NCBI GenBank assembly: GCA_963784685.1
Contig: CAWASF010000019.1
Location: 730,933 to 794,932 of the forward strand
Source of the DNA: an uncultured Actinomycetota bacterium
Lineage (GTDB): Bacteria; Actinomycetota; Actinomycetes; Mycobacteriales; Mycobacteriaceae
Length of the DNA stretch: 64,000 bases
Reading direction: 5' to 3'
Part shown: positions 26,860-36,277 of the stretch, one piece after another
Numbering within the stretch: position 1 is the first letter of the stretch
How the letters are laid out: the number at the start of each line of letters is the position of its first letter
Position numbers and translations under genes: made by a program
The notes under the pieces: model-generated
What the model was told of the DNA's origin: nothing
Database searches by the model: none
What the model saw: only the letters and a program-made list of their open reading frames with translations

Positions 26860-27303
26860 ATGGCAGTCAAGGAATCGCGCGAAGTAGTCATCGAAGCAAG
26901 TCCCAAGGAGATCCTCGACGTTGTCGCCGACGTCGAGGCAATGCCCGAGTGGTCGTCGATTCATCAGAGCGCCGAGGTGCTTGAACGCGACGCGGACGGT
27001 CGACCGCAGCGCGCCAAGATGAAGATCAAGACGTCCGGCGTCACGGACGAGGTCGTGCTCGCCTACACCTGGCGCGACGACGGCGTCACATGGACGCAGG
27101 AGAGCGGGAAAGCGTCCCGTAACCAAGGAGGGGGCTACACGCTGATCCCGCAGGGCGACAAGACACGGACGACGTTCAACCTGGAGTTGGATCCGCTCGT
27201 GCCGCTGCCCGGCTTTGTGATGAAGCGTGCCATCAAAGGGATCATGGAGCTGAATACCGACGGGCTGCGCAAGCGGGTGCTCGAGGTCAAGAAGGGTAAA
27301 TAG
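26860..27303 (+). CDS. SRPBCC (polyketide cyclase/dehydrase-like) family protein, paralog 1
   Basis: 147 aa. Similar to the two paralogs downstream of far. Position corresponds to Rv0854. Confidence 0.85.
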   Translation: MAVKESREVVIEASPKEILDVVADVEAMPEWSSIHQSAEVLERDADGRPQRAKMKIKTSGVTDEVVLAYTWRDDGVTWTQESGKASRNQGGGYTLIPQGDKTRTTFNLELDPLVPLPGFVMKRAIKGIMELNTDGLRKRVLEVKKGK

Positions 27304-27308
27304 TCGCC

Positions 27309-28388
27309 GTGCCCAGTGGGGGGCCCCTGGCCGGGGTCAAGGTGATCGAACTCGGCGGCATCGGACCGGGGCCGCACGCGGGGATGATGCTCGCCGACCT
27401 GGGCGCGGACGTGGTGCGCGTGCGCCGTCCGGGCGGGCTGACGATGCCGTCCGAGGACCGCGACCTGCTCCATCGCGGGAAGCGGATCGTCGACCTCGAC
27501 GTCAAAACCCAGCCGGGGGTGTTGCTGGAGCTTGCCGCCAGGGCCGACGTGCTGCTCGACTGTTTCCGGCCCGGAACCTGCGAGCGACTCGGCATCGGTC
27601 CCGGCGACTGTGCCGCGGTCAATCCACGGCTGATCTTCGCGCGGATCACCGGCTGGGGGCAGGACGGGCCGCTGGCCCACACCGCGGGGCATGACATCAA
27701 CTACCTGTCCCAGACCGGTGCGCTCTCGGCGCTGGGCTATCGGGACCGGCCGCCGATGCCGCCGCTGAACCTGGTCGCCGACTTCGGCGGCGGTTCGATG
27801 CTGGTGCTTTTGGGGATCGTGGTCGCGCTCTACGAACGGGAACGTTCGGGCAAGGGTCAGGTCGTCGATGCCGCCATGGTCGACGGGGTCAGCCTGCTCG
27901 CGCAGATGATGTGGACCATGAAATCGACCGGTGCGCTGCGCGACGAGCGCGAATCGTTCCTGCTCGACGGCGGGGCCCCGTTCTACCGTTGTTACGAGAC
28001 CTCCGATGGCAAGTACATGGCCGTCGGCGCCATCGAGCCGCAATTCTTCGCGGCATTGCTGACCGGGCTCGGCCTGTCACCCGACGATGTGCCGGGTCAG
28101 CTCGACATCGGTTCGTATCAACGGATGCACGACGTCTTCGCCGAACGGTTCGCCAGCCGAACCCGCGACGAGTGGACGCGGGTTTTCGCCGGCACCGATG
28201 CGTGCGTCACCCCGGTGTTGACCTGGGGGGAGGCCGCGGCGGGTGACCATTTGCGGGAGCGCTCGACGGTGATCACCGCGCACGGGGTCGAGCAGGCGGC
28301 GCCCGCGCCGCGTTTTTCCCGCACGCCGGCCGGGCCGGTCGGGCGGCCGCCGGCGAAGACCACACCGCTTGACGAAATCGGCTGGTAA
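27309..28388 (+). CDS. far: alpha-methylacyl-CoA racemase (family III CoA-transferase fold)
   Basis: PLAGVKVIELGGIGPGPHAGMMLADLGADVVRVRRP. 359 aa. Position corresponds to Rv0855. Confidence 0.9.
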   Translation: MPSGGPLAGVKVIELGGIGPGPHAGMMLADLGADVVRVRRPGGLTMPSEDRDLLHRGKRIVDLDVKTQPGVLLELAARADVLLDCFRPGTCERLGIGPGDCAAVNPRLIFARITGWGQDGPLAHTAGHDINYLSQTGALSALGYRDRPPMPPLNLVADFGGGSMLVLLGIVVALYERERSGKGQVVDAAMVDGVSLLAQMMWTMKSTGALRDERESFLLDGGAPFYRCYETSDGKYMAVGAIEPQFFAALLTGLGLSPDDVPGQLDIGSYQRMHDVFAERFASRTRDEWTRVFAGTDACVTPVLTWGEAAAGDHLRERSTVITAHGVEQAAPAPRFSRTPAGPVGRPPAKTTPLDEIGW

Positions 28389-28446
28389 TCAAGTATTTCG
28401 GTGAACAACGTCCGTGGGCCGGACGCCGTTGCTAGATTCTTTGTCA

Positions 28447-28902
28447 GTGGCCGTAAAAGCATCACGGGAATTTGTCGTTGACGCGCCGCCAGAGGTGGTC
28501 ATGGAGGCGCTGACAGACGTCGGCCTACTGTCATCGTGGTCGCCGATGCACAAACAGATGGAAGTGATCGACCGTTATCCCGACGGTCGGCCTCATCATG
28601 TGAAGGCCACCATCCGGATTCTGGGGCTCGTCGACAAAGAGGTCCTGGAATATCACTGGGGTCCCGACTGGATGGTCTGGGACGCGAAAGGGACATCCCA
28701 GCAGCGTGGCCAGCATGTCGAGTACAACCTCACACCCGAGGGTGTCGACAAGACGCGAGTGCGTTTCGACATCACCGTCGAACCGGCGGGTCCAATTCCC
28801 GGTTTCGTCGTCCGGCGGGCAACCGAAAACGTTCTCGACGCCGCGGTGAAAGGGCTGAGCGACCTGGTCGTGGGCCACCCGAATACGGGTGAGGCGAAGT
28901 AG
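28447..28902 (+). CDS. SRPBCC family protein, paralog 2
   Basis: GTG 28447 (VAVKASREFVVDAPPEVVMEAL...). Highly similar to paralog 3. Confidence 0.85.
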   Translation: MAVKASREFVVDAPPEVVMEALTDVGLLSSWSPMHKQMEVIDRYPDGRPHHVKATIRILGLVDKEVLEYHWGPDWMVWDAKGTSQQRGQHVEYNLTPEGVDKTRVRFDITVEPAGPIPGFVVRRATENVLDAAVKGLSDLVVGHPNTGEAK

Positions 28903-28926
28903 TGTGCGATTGCTAATTTTGTAGCA

Positions 28927-29382
28927 GTGGCCGTACACGCTTCGTCCGAGATTGTCATTGACGCGCCCCCGGAAGTAATCATGGAGGCGCTCGCCGACAT
29001 GGACGCCGTGCCGTCGTGGTCCACCGTGCACAAACGGGTCGAAGTCATCGATGAACACCCCGACGGGCGACCGCACCACGTGAAGGTCACCATCGCGGTG
29101 ACCGGCATTCACGACACCGAGCTGCTCGAATACCACTGGGGCCCCGACTGGATGGTGTGGGATGCCCGGAAGACCGTCCAGCAGCACGGTCAGCACGGGG
29201 AGTACACCCTGAGCCGGGAAGGTGACGACAAGACCAGGGTGAGATTCGCGATCACGGTCGAGCCGTCGGCGCCGCTGCCCGAGTTCTGGGTCAACTGGGC
29301 CCGCAAGAAGATCCTGCATTCCGCGCTCGAGGGACTGCGGCAGCGCGTGATGGGCGCCGAGGACCCCGGCCCGGCTAAGTAG
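28927..29382 (+). CDS. SRPBCC family protein, paralog 3
   Basis: GTG 28927 (VAVHASSEIVIDAPPEVIMEAL...). Shares the HYHWGPDWMVWDA block with paralog 2. Confidence 0.85.
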   Translation: MAVHASSEIVIDAPPEVIMEALADMDAVPSWSTVHKRVEVIDEHPDGRPHHVKVTIAVTGIHDTELLEYHWGPDWMVWDARKTVQQHGQHGEYTLSREGDDKTRVRFAITVEPSAPLPEFWVNWARKKILHSALEGLRQRVMGAEDPGPAK

Positions 29383-30577
29383 CCGCTTCGGTTCGCAGCG
29401 CGCGCAGCCGCCTTATCGCCTCGTCGAGGGTGTCGTCGCTTTTGCAGAAAGTGAAGCGCACCAGGTGATTCCATACCTTGGCTTGCTCCGAGGCATGCTC
29501 GGCGGAGGGATCGCAAAACGCCGACATCGGGATGGCCGCGACACCGACCCTCTCCGGTAGTGCCGCGCAGAACGCCGTGCTGTCGTCGTACCCGAGCGGG
29601 CGGGGGTCGGCGCACAGAAAGTAACTGCCGTCGCTGTCGTGCACCGCGAAGCCGATCTCGGTCAGCCCCGAAGCCAGCCGATCGCGTCGGGCCTGCAAAC
29701 AGTGGCGGAGTTGGGCCACCCAGGCGTCTTCGGTGTCCAGCGCGAGGGCCACCGCAGGCTGGAACGGCGCGCCGCCGACGTAACTCAAATACTGTTTGGC
29801 CGCGCGCACCCCGGCGAGGAGTTGCGCTGGGCCGCAAGCCCATCCGATCTTCCAACCTGTGCAGTTGAACATCTTGGCCGCGCTGGAGATGGTGATCGTG
29901 CGCTCGGCCATGCCGTCGAAGCCGGCCAGCGGCAGATGGCGACCGCCTCTGGGGGAGGGGTAAACGAGGTGCTCGTAGACCTCATCGGTGATCACCAGGA
30001 GGTCGGCCGCCACCGCGATCTCGGCAATGGCCGCCAGCTCGGTCGCGCTCAGCACCATACCGGTCGGGTTGTGTGGTGAGTTGACGATCAGTGCGCGGGT
30101 CCGCGGGGTCACTGCCCGCCCCAGGGCGTCGGCGTCCAGGGCGAAGCCGCGTCCGTCGGGGACCAGCGGCACCGCTACCCGGTGCGCGCCGGCCATCGCC
30201 ACCACCGGCGAGTAGGAGTCATAGAAGGGCTCGATCAGGACGACTTCCGAGCCGGGCTCGACCAGCCCGATCACCGCGGCCGCGATGGCCTCTGTCGCCC
30301 CGACCGTCACCAGCACCTCGGTGTCGGGGTCGTACTCGACGCCGAAATGCCGGCGGCGGTGGGCGGCGATGGCCTGGCGCAGCGGCGCGATGCCTATCCC
30401 GGGTGGGTACTGGTTGGCGCCCTCGGCGATGGCGTCTTGCGCGGCCTTCAGCAACGCGGGGGGTCCGTCCTCGTCGGGGAAACCCTGGCCGAGGTTCACC
30501 GCACCGATCCGCGCGGCCAGCGCCGACATCTCGGCGAACACCGTGGTCGCGTAGGGCCGCAGTCGCGACACCGTCAT
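29375..30577 (-). CDS. dapC: PLP-dependent aminotransferase (class I; N-succinyldiaminopimelate aminotransferase-like)
   Basis: ATG 30577 (MTVSRLRPYATTVFAEMSALA). PLP-lysine context SSAAKMFNCTGWKIGW. Position corresponds to Rv0858c. Confidence 0.85.
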   Translation of the reverse strand: MTVSRLRPYATTVFAEMSALAARIGAVNLGQGFPDEDGPPALLKAAQDAIAEGANQYPPGIGIAPLRQAIAAHRRRHFGVEYDPDTEVLVTVGATEAIAAAVIGLVEPGSEVVLIEPFYDSYSPVVAMAGAHRVAVPLVPDGRGFALDADALGRAVTPRTRALIVNSPHNPTGMVLSATELAAIAEIAVAADLLVITDEVYEHLVYPSPRGGRHLPLAGFDGMAERTITISSAAKMFNCTGWKIGWACGPAQLLAGVRAAKQYLSYVGGAPFQPAVALALDTEDAWVAQLRHCLQARRDRLASGLTEIGFAVHDSDGSYFLCADPRPLGYDDSTAFCAALPERVGVAAIPMSAFCDPSAEHASEQAKVWNHLVRFTFCKSDDTLDEAIRRLRALRTEAAT

Positions 30578-30607
30578 GGTCGTCGAGCTTAGGTCGCGGC
30601 TGTCCTC

Positions 30608-30661
30608 GAGCGTCACGCCAGCGTGATGTCCGGGCGCGACAGCCGCGCTGGCGTGACGCTC
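30608..30661. promoter_or_regulatory. perfect 16-bp inverted repeat (GAGCGTCACGCCAGCG / CGCTGGCGTGACGCTC) with a 22-nt loop
   Basis: Arms at 30608-30623 and 30646-30661, 31 nt upstream of the dapC start, in the dapC/fadA divergent region. Confidence 0.5.
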
Positions 30662-30787
30662 CGCAATTCTCACCAGCTAAGTGCCTCCCAACCAACAGGT
30701 TGGCCGGGACTGCTGTTACAGTGCTGTTACTGGGCCTAGTCTCTAAGTCGAATCTGAATCCCCCTTTTTCCCGAACAGGAAGTCGAC

Positions 30788-31999
30788 ATGTCCGAAGAAG
30801 CCTTTGTCTACGAGGCCATCCGCACACCGCGTGGAAAGCAAAAGGACGGCGCACTGCACGAGGTCAAGCCGCTGAGCCTGGTCGTCGGTCTGATCGACGA
30901 ACTGCGCAAGCGCAACCCCGACCTCGACGAGAACCTGATCAGCGACGTCATCCTCGGGTGCGTCTCGCCCGTCGGCGACCAGGGCGGCGACATCGCCCGC
31001 GCCGCGGTCCTGGCCTCCGGCATGCCCGTCACCTCCGGCGGCGTCCAGCTCAACCGGTTTTGCGCGTCGGGCCTGGAGGCCGTGAACACGGCCGCGCAGA
31101 AGGTGCGCTCCGGCTGGGATGACCTGGTCCTGGCCGGCGGCGTGGAGTCGATGAGCCGGGTGCCGATGGGATCGGACGGCGGCGCGATGGGGCTGGACCC
31201 GGCCACCAACTACGACGTCATGTTCGTCCCGCAGGGCATCGGCGCCGACCTGATCGCGACCATCGAGGGCTTCTCCCGCGACGACGTCGACAACTACGCG
31301 CTGCGCAGCCAGGAGCGGGCCGCCGAGGCGTGGTCGGGCGGCTACTTCGCCAAGTCCGTGGTGCCCGTCCGCGACCAGAACGGACTGCTGATTCTCGACC
31401 ACGACGAGCACATGCGACCCGACACCACCAAGGAGGGGCTGGCCAAGCTCAAGCCCGCCTTCGAGGGCCTGGCGGCGATGGGCGGCTTCGACGACGTCGC
31501 GCTGCAGAAGTACCACTGGGTCGAGAAGATGGACCACGTGCACACCGGCGGCAACAGCTCCGGCATCGTCGACGGCGCCGCGCTGGTCATGATCGGATCC
31601 GAGGCGGCCGGCAAGTCGCAGGGCCTGACTCCGCGGGCGCGCATCGTGGCCACCGCCACCAGCGGGGCCGACCCGGTGATCATGCTGACCGGGCCCACGC
31701 CGGCCACTCGCAAGGTGCTCGACCGTGCCGGCCTGACCGTTGACGACATCGACCTGTTCGAGCTCAACGAGGCCTTCGCGTCGGTGGTGCTGAAGTTCCA
31801 AAAGGACCTGAACATTCCGGACGAGAAGCTCAACGTCAACGGCGGTGCCATCGCCATGGGCCACCCGCTGGGTGCAACGGGCGCAATGATTCTCGGCACC
31901 ATGGTCGACGAGCTGGAGCGCCGCAACGCCCGGCGTGCGCTCGTTACGCTGTGCATTGGCGGCGGCATGGGTGTCGCGACAATCATCGAGAGGGTTTAA
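30788..31999 (+). CDS. fadA: acetyl-CoA acyltransferase (3-ketoacyl-CoA thiolase)
   Basis: Thiolase active-site contexts [33 protein letters not shown]. 403 aa. Confidence 0.95.
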   Translation: MSEEAFVYEAIRTPRGKQKDGALHEVKPLSLVVGLIDELRKRNPDLDENLISDVILGCVSPVGDQGGDIARAAVLASGMPVTSGGVQLNRFCASGLEAVNTAAQKVRSGWDDLVLAGGVESMSRVPMGSDGGAMGLDPATNYDVMFVPQGIGADLIATIEGFSRDDVDNYALRSQERAAEAWSGGYFAKSVVPVRDQNGLLILDHDEHMRPDTTKEGLAKLKPAFEGLAAMGGFDDVALQKYHWVEKMDHVHTGGNSSGIVDGAALVMIGSEAAGKSQGLTPRARIVATATSGADPVIMLTGPTPATRKVLDRAGLTVDDIDLFELNEAFASVVLKFQKDLNIPDEKLNVNGGAIAMGHPLGATGAMILGTMVDELERRNARRALVTLCIGGGMGVATIIERV

Positions 32000-32003
32000 C
32001 CAC

Positions 32004-34148
32004 ATGGCTGACAACACAATTCAGTGGGACAAGGATGCCGACGGCATCGTCACGCTGACCCTGGACGACCCGTCGGGGTCGGCCAACGTAATGAACGAGG
32101 CCTACATCGAGTCGATGGGCAAGGCCGTGGATCGCCTTGTCGCCGAGAAGGATTCGATTACCGGCGTGGTGATCACCAGCGCCAAGAAGACGTTCTTCGC
32201 CGGTGGCGATGTCAAGAGCATGATCCAGATCGGGCCGGAGAATGCCGGTGAGGCCTTCGATCTGGTCGAGACTGTCAAGAAGCAGCTCCGCACCATCGAG
32301 ACCCTGGGCAAGCCGGTGGTGGCTGCGCTCAATGGCGCCGCACTGGGCGGCGGCCTAGAGATCGCGTTGGCCTGCCATCACCGCATCGCGGCCGACGTGA
32401 AGGGGTCGCAGTTCGGTTTCCCCGAGGCGACGCTGGGTCTGCTGCCGGGCGCCGGAGGCGTCACCCGCACGGTGCGCATGCTGGGCATCCAGAACGCGTT
32501 TGTCACCGTGCTGTCACAGGGCACGCGGTTCAAGCCGGCCAAGGCCAAGGAGCTCGGGCTGATCGACGAGGTGCTGCCGACGGTCGAGGAACTGGTCCCC
32601 GCTGCCAAGGCGTGGATCAAGGCCAACCCGGATTCCCACGAACAGCCGTGGGACAAGAAGGGTTACAAGATGCCCGGCGGGACCCCGTCGTCACCCGCGC
32701 TGGCCGCCATCCTGCCGTCGTTCCCGGCGTTGCTGCGCAAGCAGATCAAGGGCGCGCCGATGCCGGCGCCGAAGGCAATCCTGGCCGCCGCTGTCGAGGG
32801 TGCGCAGGTCGACTTCGACACCGCCAGCCGCATCGAGAGCCGCTACTTCACCACGCTGGTCACCGGCCAGGTCTCCAAAAACATGATCCAGGCGTTCTTC
32901 TTCGACCTGCAGACCATCAACAACGGCGGTTCGCGGCCGGACGGGATCGAGCCGGTCAAGATCAACAAGATTGGTGTGCTCGGTGCCGGCATGATGGGCG
33001 CCGGCATCGCCTACGTCTCGGCCAAGGCCGGTTACGACGTGGTGCTCAAAGACGTCAGCCCGGAGGCCGCCCAGAAGGGCAAGGGCTACTCCGAGAAGCT
33101 GGAGGCCAAGGCCCTGGAGCGGGGCCGCACCACCCCGGAAAAATCGAGTGAAGTCCTGGACCGGATTCATCCGACCGCCGACCCTGCTGATTTGAAGGGC
33201 GTCGACTTCGTCATCGAGGCGGTGTTCGAGAGCCAGGACCTCAAGCACAAGGTGTTCCAGGAGATCGAGGACGTCGTCGAGCCGAACGCGGTGCTCGGGT
33301 CCAACACCTCGACGCTGCCGATCACCGGCCTGGCGACCGGCGTCAAGCGGCAGGAGGACTTCATCGGGATCCACTTCTTCTCCCCGGTCGACAAGATGCC
33401 GCTGGTGGAAATCATCAAGGGCGAGAAGACATCCGACGAGGCGCTGGCCCGCGTGTTCGACTACACGCTGGCCATCGGCAAGACACCGATCGTCGTCAAC
33501 GACAGCCGCGGGTTCTTCACCTCCCGCGTCATCGGCACCTTCGTCAACGAGGCGCTGGCGATGCTCGGCGAGGGTGTCGAGCCGCCCAGCGTGGAGCAGG
33601 CCGGTTCGCAGGCCGGCTACCCGGCGCCGCCGTTGCAGCTGTCGGACGAGCTCAACCTCGAGCTGATGCACAAGATCGCCGTCGCCACCCGCAAGGGTGT
33701 CGAGGATGCCGGCGGCACCTACGAGCCGCACCCCGCCGAGGCGGTCGTCGAGAAGATGATCGAGCTCGGACGCTCCGGCCGGCTCAAGGGCGCCGGCTTC
33801 TACGAGTATGTCGACGGCAAGCGGACCGGCCTGTGGCCGGGCCTGCGGGAGACCTTCAAGTCGGGGTCGTCGGAGCCGCCGTTGCAGGACATGATCGACC
33901 GGATGCTGTTCGCCGAGGCGTTGGAAACCCAGAAGTGCCTCGACGAGGGCGTGCTGACGTCGACCGCCGACGCCAACATCGGCTCGATCATGGGCATCGG
34001 CTTCCCCCCGTGGACCGGCGGTAGCGCGCAACTCATCGTCGGCTACCAGGGTCCGCTGGGTACGGGCAAGGAAGCCTTCGTAGCCCGGGCCCGCGAGCTG
34101 GCGGCCAAGTACGGCGAGCGGTTCCTGCCGCCGGACTCGCTGACGTAG
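32004..34148 (+). CDS. fadB: fatty-acid oxidation multifunctional protein (enoyl-CoA hydratase / 3-hydroxyacyl-CoA dehydrogenase)
   Basis: ATG 32004 (MADNTIQWDKDADGIVTLTLDDP). N-terminal crotonase domain and the Rossmann motif IGVLGAGMMGAGIAYVSA. Confidence 0.95.
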   Translation: MADNTIQWDKDADGIVTLTLDDPSGSANVMNEAYIESMGKAVDRLVAEKDSITGVVITSAKKTFFAGGDVKSMIQIGPENAGEAFDLVETVKKQLRTIETLGKPVVAALNGAALGGGLEIALACHHRIAADVKGSQFGFPEATLGLLPGAGGVTRTVRMLGIQNAFVTVLSQGTRFKPAKAKELGLIDEVLPTVEELVPAAKAWIKANPDSHEQPWDKKGYKMPGGTPSSPALAAILPSFPALLRKQIKGAPMPAPKAILAAAVEGAQVDFDTASRIESRYFTTLVTGQVSKNMIQAFFFDLQTINNGGSRPDGIEPVKINKIGVLGAGMMGAGIAYVSAKAGYDVVLKDVSPEAAQKGKGYSEKLEAKALERGRTTPEKSSEVLDRIHPTADPADLKGVDFVIEAVFESQDLKHKVFQEIEDVVEPNAVLGSNTSTLPITGLATGVKRQEDFIGIHFFSPVDKMPLVEIIKGEKTSDEALARVFDYTLAIGKTPIVVNDSRGFFTSRVIGTFVNEALAMLGEGVEPPSVEQAGSQAGYPAPPLQLSDELNLELMHKIAVATRKGVEDAGGTYEPHPAEAVVEKMIELGRSGRLKGAGFYEYVDGKRTGLWPGLRETFKSGSSEPPLQDMIDRMLFAEALETQKCLDEGVLTSTADANIGSIMGIGFPPWTGGSAQLIVGYQGPLGTGKEAFVARARELAAKYGERFLPPDSLT

Positions 34149-34168
34149 AGCCCGCGCTCGCGCTACGT
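34143..34168. terminator. short hairpin spanning both convergent stop codons (fadB TAG and methyltransferase TAG)
   Basis: ACGTAGAGC ... GCGCTACGT with one mismatch. fadB TAG 34146-34148 pairs with CTA 34163-34165. There is no U-tract. Confidence 0.3.
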
Positions 34169-34759
34169 GGCGCGCTGATAGAGGTAGTGCCGCACCGGAG
34201 TTTTCTCGCGGTCCAGCTCCCGCTCCTGGCCGGCCGACAACAATGTCCAGCCGGAGGCAAAGCGGCGTTCCATCTCGGCAGGGTCGACGCCCCGCACGCC
34301 GAACCTTCCGCCGCGAAGGAACGCGACGATCAGCAGCCGCGCGTCGGGTGCCGCCACGGCAGCGACCTCCCTGACGTACGCGTCGCGATCACCGTCGCTC
34401 ATGTTGTGCAGGCAGCCGTTGTCGACGATCAACTGAAAGTCCGCGCCGATGCCCGCCTGACTCAGATGCGTGACGTCTGCCTGGACGAAGCTGATCGATA
34501 GGTCGGCGGCCTTGGCGCGGGCCCTGTCCAGCGCCCTCGGAACGAAGTCGACACCGGTGACTTTCCAGCCGTGTCGCGCGAGGTAGATCGACGCGTCTCC
34601 GGTGCCGCATCCGAGGTCAAGGGCCGTTCCCGCGGGCAGGGGGGGTTCGTCACCGGTTCCCTCGACCAGGTTCTGCAGGTTCTCCGCGATCGGATGACCG
34701 TCCCACGGGGTAAAGCCGACGCGGTAGAAGATCCGAAATAGGTTGTGCTTGGACGCCAT
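34163..34759 (-). CDS. class I SAM-dependent methyltransferase
   Basis: SAM motif I LDLGCGTGDASIYLARHG. 198 aa. Confidence 0.85.
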   Translation of the reverse strand: MASKHNLFRIFYRVGFTPWDGHPIAENLQNLVEGTGDEPPLPAGTALDLGCGTGDASIYLARHGWKVTGVDFVPRALDRARAKAADLSISFVQADVTHLSQAGIGADFQLIVDNGCLHNMSDGDRDAYVREVAAVAAPDARLLIVAFLRGGRFGVRGVDPAEMERRFASGWTLLSAGQERELDREKTPVRHYLYQRAT

Positions 34760-34771
34760 ACGCCCATGCTG

Positions 34772-35980
34772 TCAGACGTCGGCTCCGGTGTAGTCGGGCA
34801 CCGGCATCGAATCGTAGAGTCGCAAGCCCTTGGTGTTCAGCTTCGCCAGCCCCCGGGAGACCGAGCCGGGCATCAGCGAAACCAACTGAACCCCACGGGT
34901 TAACGCCCAGACTCCGGCTCGGGAGCCGGGGATGATGCTCTTCGCGGCGCCGCGCGCAAAGGACCGGCTGAGGTGCACGGGCTCGCGCATCTGTAATTCG
35001 TAGGCGGCGAACGCCCGCAGGTGATCGCCGCCGGCCCGGGCCAGCTCCCCGGCCAACACGTAGGCGCCGAGGACGGCAAGGCTGGTACTGCCGCCGACCG
35101 CGGGACCGGGACAATAGCCGGCGTCGCCGACTAGGGTGACCCGGCGGCGTGACCATCTGTCCATGCGCAGTTGCGTGATCGCATCGAAGTAGAAGGCGGG
35201 CGTCCGGTCGATTTCGCCGAGCCAGGCGTTCACCTGGGGGTGCATGTCGGCGAAGGCACCGCACAGTAATTCCCTCTGCCGCAACGAGTCTCGATGGTCG
35301 TAGTCGAGTGCCTCTTGGCTGCGAAACAGAAAGACCGCGCGCGCGTCGTCCAAATGGTTCGCGGTGTAGATGGCCGCGAGACGACCGACACCGATGTGGC
35401 CCACCATCTCGCCGGGGTTGGCCAGCGACTTCGGCGCCGACACCACCGCCAGATATCCCCCGATGAAGTGGGTGAGCCCGGCTTCCTCGCCGAATATCAG
35501 GCGCCGGACGTTGGAGTGCAGCCCGTCGGCGCCGACGACGACGTCGAACCCGCGGGCGGGGGCGTGTTCGAAGGTCACCTCGCCGTCGTGATCGATCGCG
35601 GTGATCGAGTCGCCGAACAGGTACTCGACGTCGTCGCGCGCGGCGTCATAGTAGATCTCGCTGAGGTCGTCGCGCACGATCTCCACGTGCCGGTCCGACG
35701 CGACGCCGGTGAGCTTGGTGAGGTCGACTTCGGTTGGTCGCGGCCGGCCTTCGCGATAAATGGTCAGGCGGTCCGTTCCCGTGGCGAGCGCCTCGATGCG
35801 CGGCAGCACGCCCATTTTCTCCGAGATCTCCATGGCCGGACGGAACAGGTCGACGGCGTGGCCGCCGGTCTTGCGCAGCGTCGGTGCGCGCTCGACGACG
35901 GTGACCTCGAAGCCGTGCCGGGTCAGCCAGTACGCCAAAACCGGCCCGGCGATGCTGGCGCCGGAGATGAGTATGCGCAT
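34772..35980 (-). CDS. FAD-dependent aromatic-ring-hydroxylase-type monooxygenase
   Basis: N-terminal dinucleotide fold MRILISGASIAGPVLAYWLTRHGFEVTVVER, and the internal LVGDAGY motif typical of group A flavin monooxygenases. Confidence 0.88.
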   Translation of the reverse strand: MRILISGASIAGPVLAYWLTRHGFEVTVVERAPTLRKTGGHAVDLFRPAMEISEKMGVLPRIEALATGTDRLTIYREGRPRPTEVDLTKLTGVASDRHVEIVRDDLSEIYYDAARDDVEYLFGDSITAIDHDGEVTFEHAPARGFDVVVGADGLHSNVRRLIFGEEAGLTHFIGGYLAVVSAPKSLANPGEMVGHIGVGRLAAIYTANHLDDARAVFLFRSQEALDYDHRDSLRQRELLCGAFADMHPQVNAWLGEIDRTPAFYFDAITQLRMDRWSRRRVTLVGDAGYCPGPAVGGSTSLAVLGAYVLAGELARAGGDHLRAFAAYELQMREPVHLSRSFARGAAKSIIPGSRAGVWALTRGVQLVSLMPGSVSRGLAKLNTKGLRLYDSMPVPDYTGADV

Positions 35981-35985
35981 GACGA

Positions 35986-36030
35986 CCTCCGCGGGGCTTA
36001 CCTAACGTTCGGTAAGCCTAGACGCGGAGG
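35986..36030 (-). terminator. composite stem-loop between the small ORF and the monooxygenase gene; the 3' arm contains the monooxygenase SD sequence
   Basis: Minus strand reads CCTCCGCG-TCTAG-GCTTACC-GAACGTTA-GGTAAGC-CC-CGCGGAGG, followed by TCGTC-ATG. Confidence 0.45.
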
Positions 36031-36034
36031 GGTA

Positions 36035-36277
36035 TTACGTGCCCGCGCCGTTCGCGGTGCTCTGGTCCTGGGCGTTCTGGGTGAAGATGTCGCCATCGCT
36101 CGCGTTATTGACGTCGTCGTCGTTGACGGCGATGATGTTGCCCGCGGCGGCGGACGAAGCCACCACCGGCGCCGCGACGGCAGTTCGCGGGTCGCTGGAG
36201 GAGCCGCCGGACAGGGCCAGGGCCGCGACGGTCATGGCACCGGCGGAGATCAGTTGCATGAGGCGGATTTTGGTCAT
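36035..36277 (-). CDS. possible small secreted protein (80 aa)
   Basis: Signal-peptide-like N-terminus MTKIRLMQLISAGAMTVAALALSGG. The rest is a low-complexity Asp/Asn/Ala-rich stretch. Coding status is uncertain. Confidence 0.4.
   Translation of the reverse strand: MTKIRLMQLISAGAMTVAALALSGGSSSDPRTAVAAPVVASSAAAGNIIAVNDDDVNNASDGDIFTQNAQDQSTANGAGT

Noticed and set aside
30743-34031. 424-aa and 446-aa minus-strand ORFs (30743-32017, 32691-34031)
   Set aside because: Antisense to fadA and fadB. Low-complexity Arg/Gly/Asp composition.
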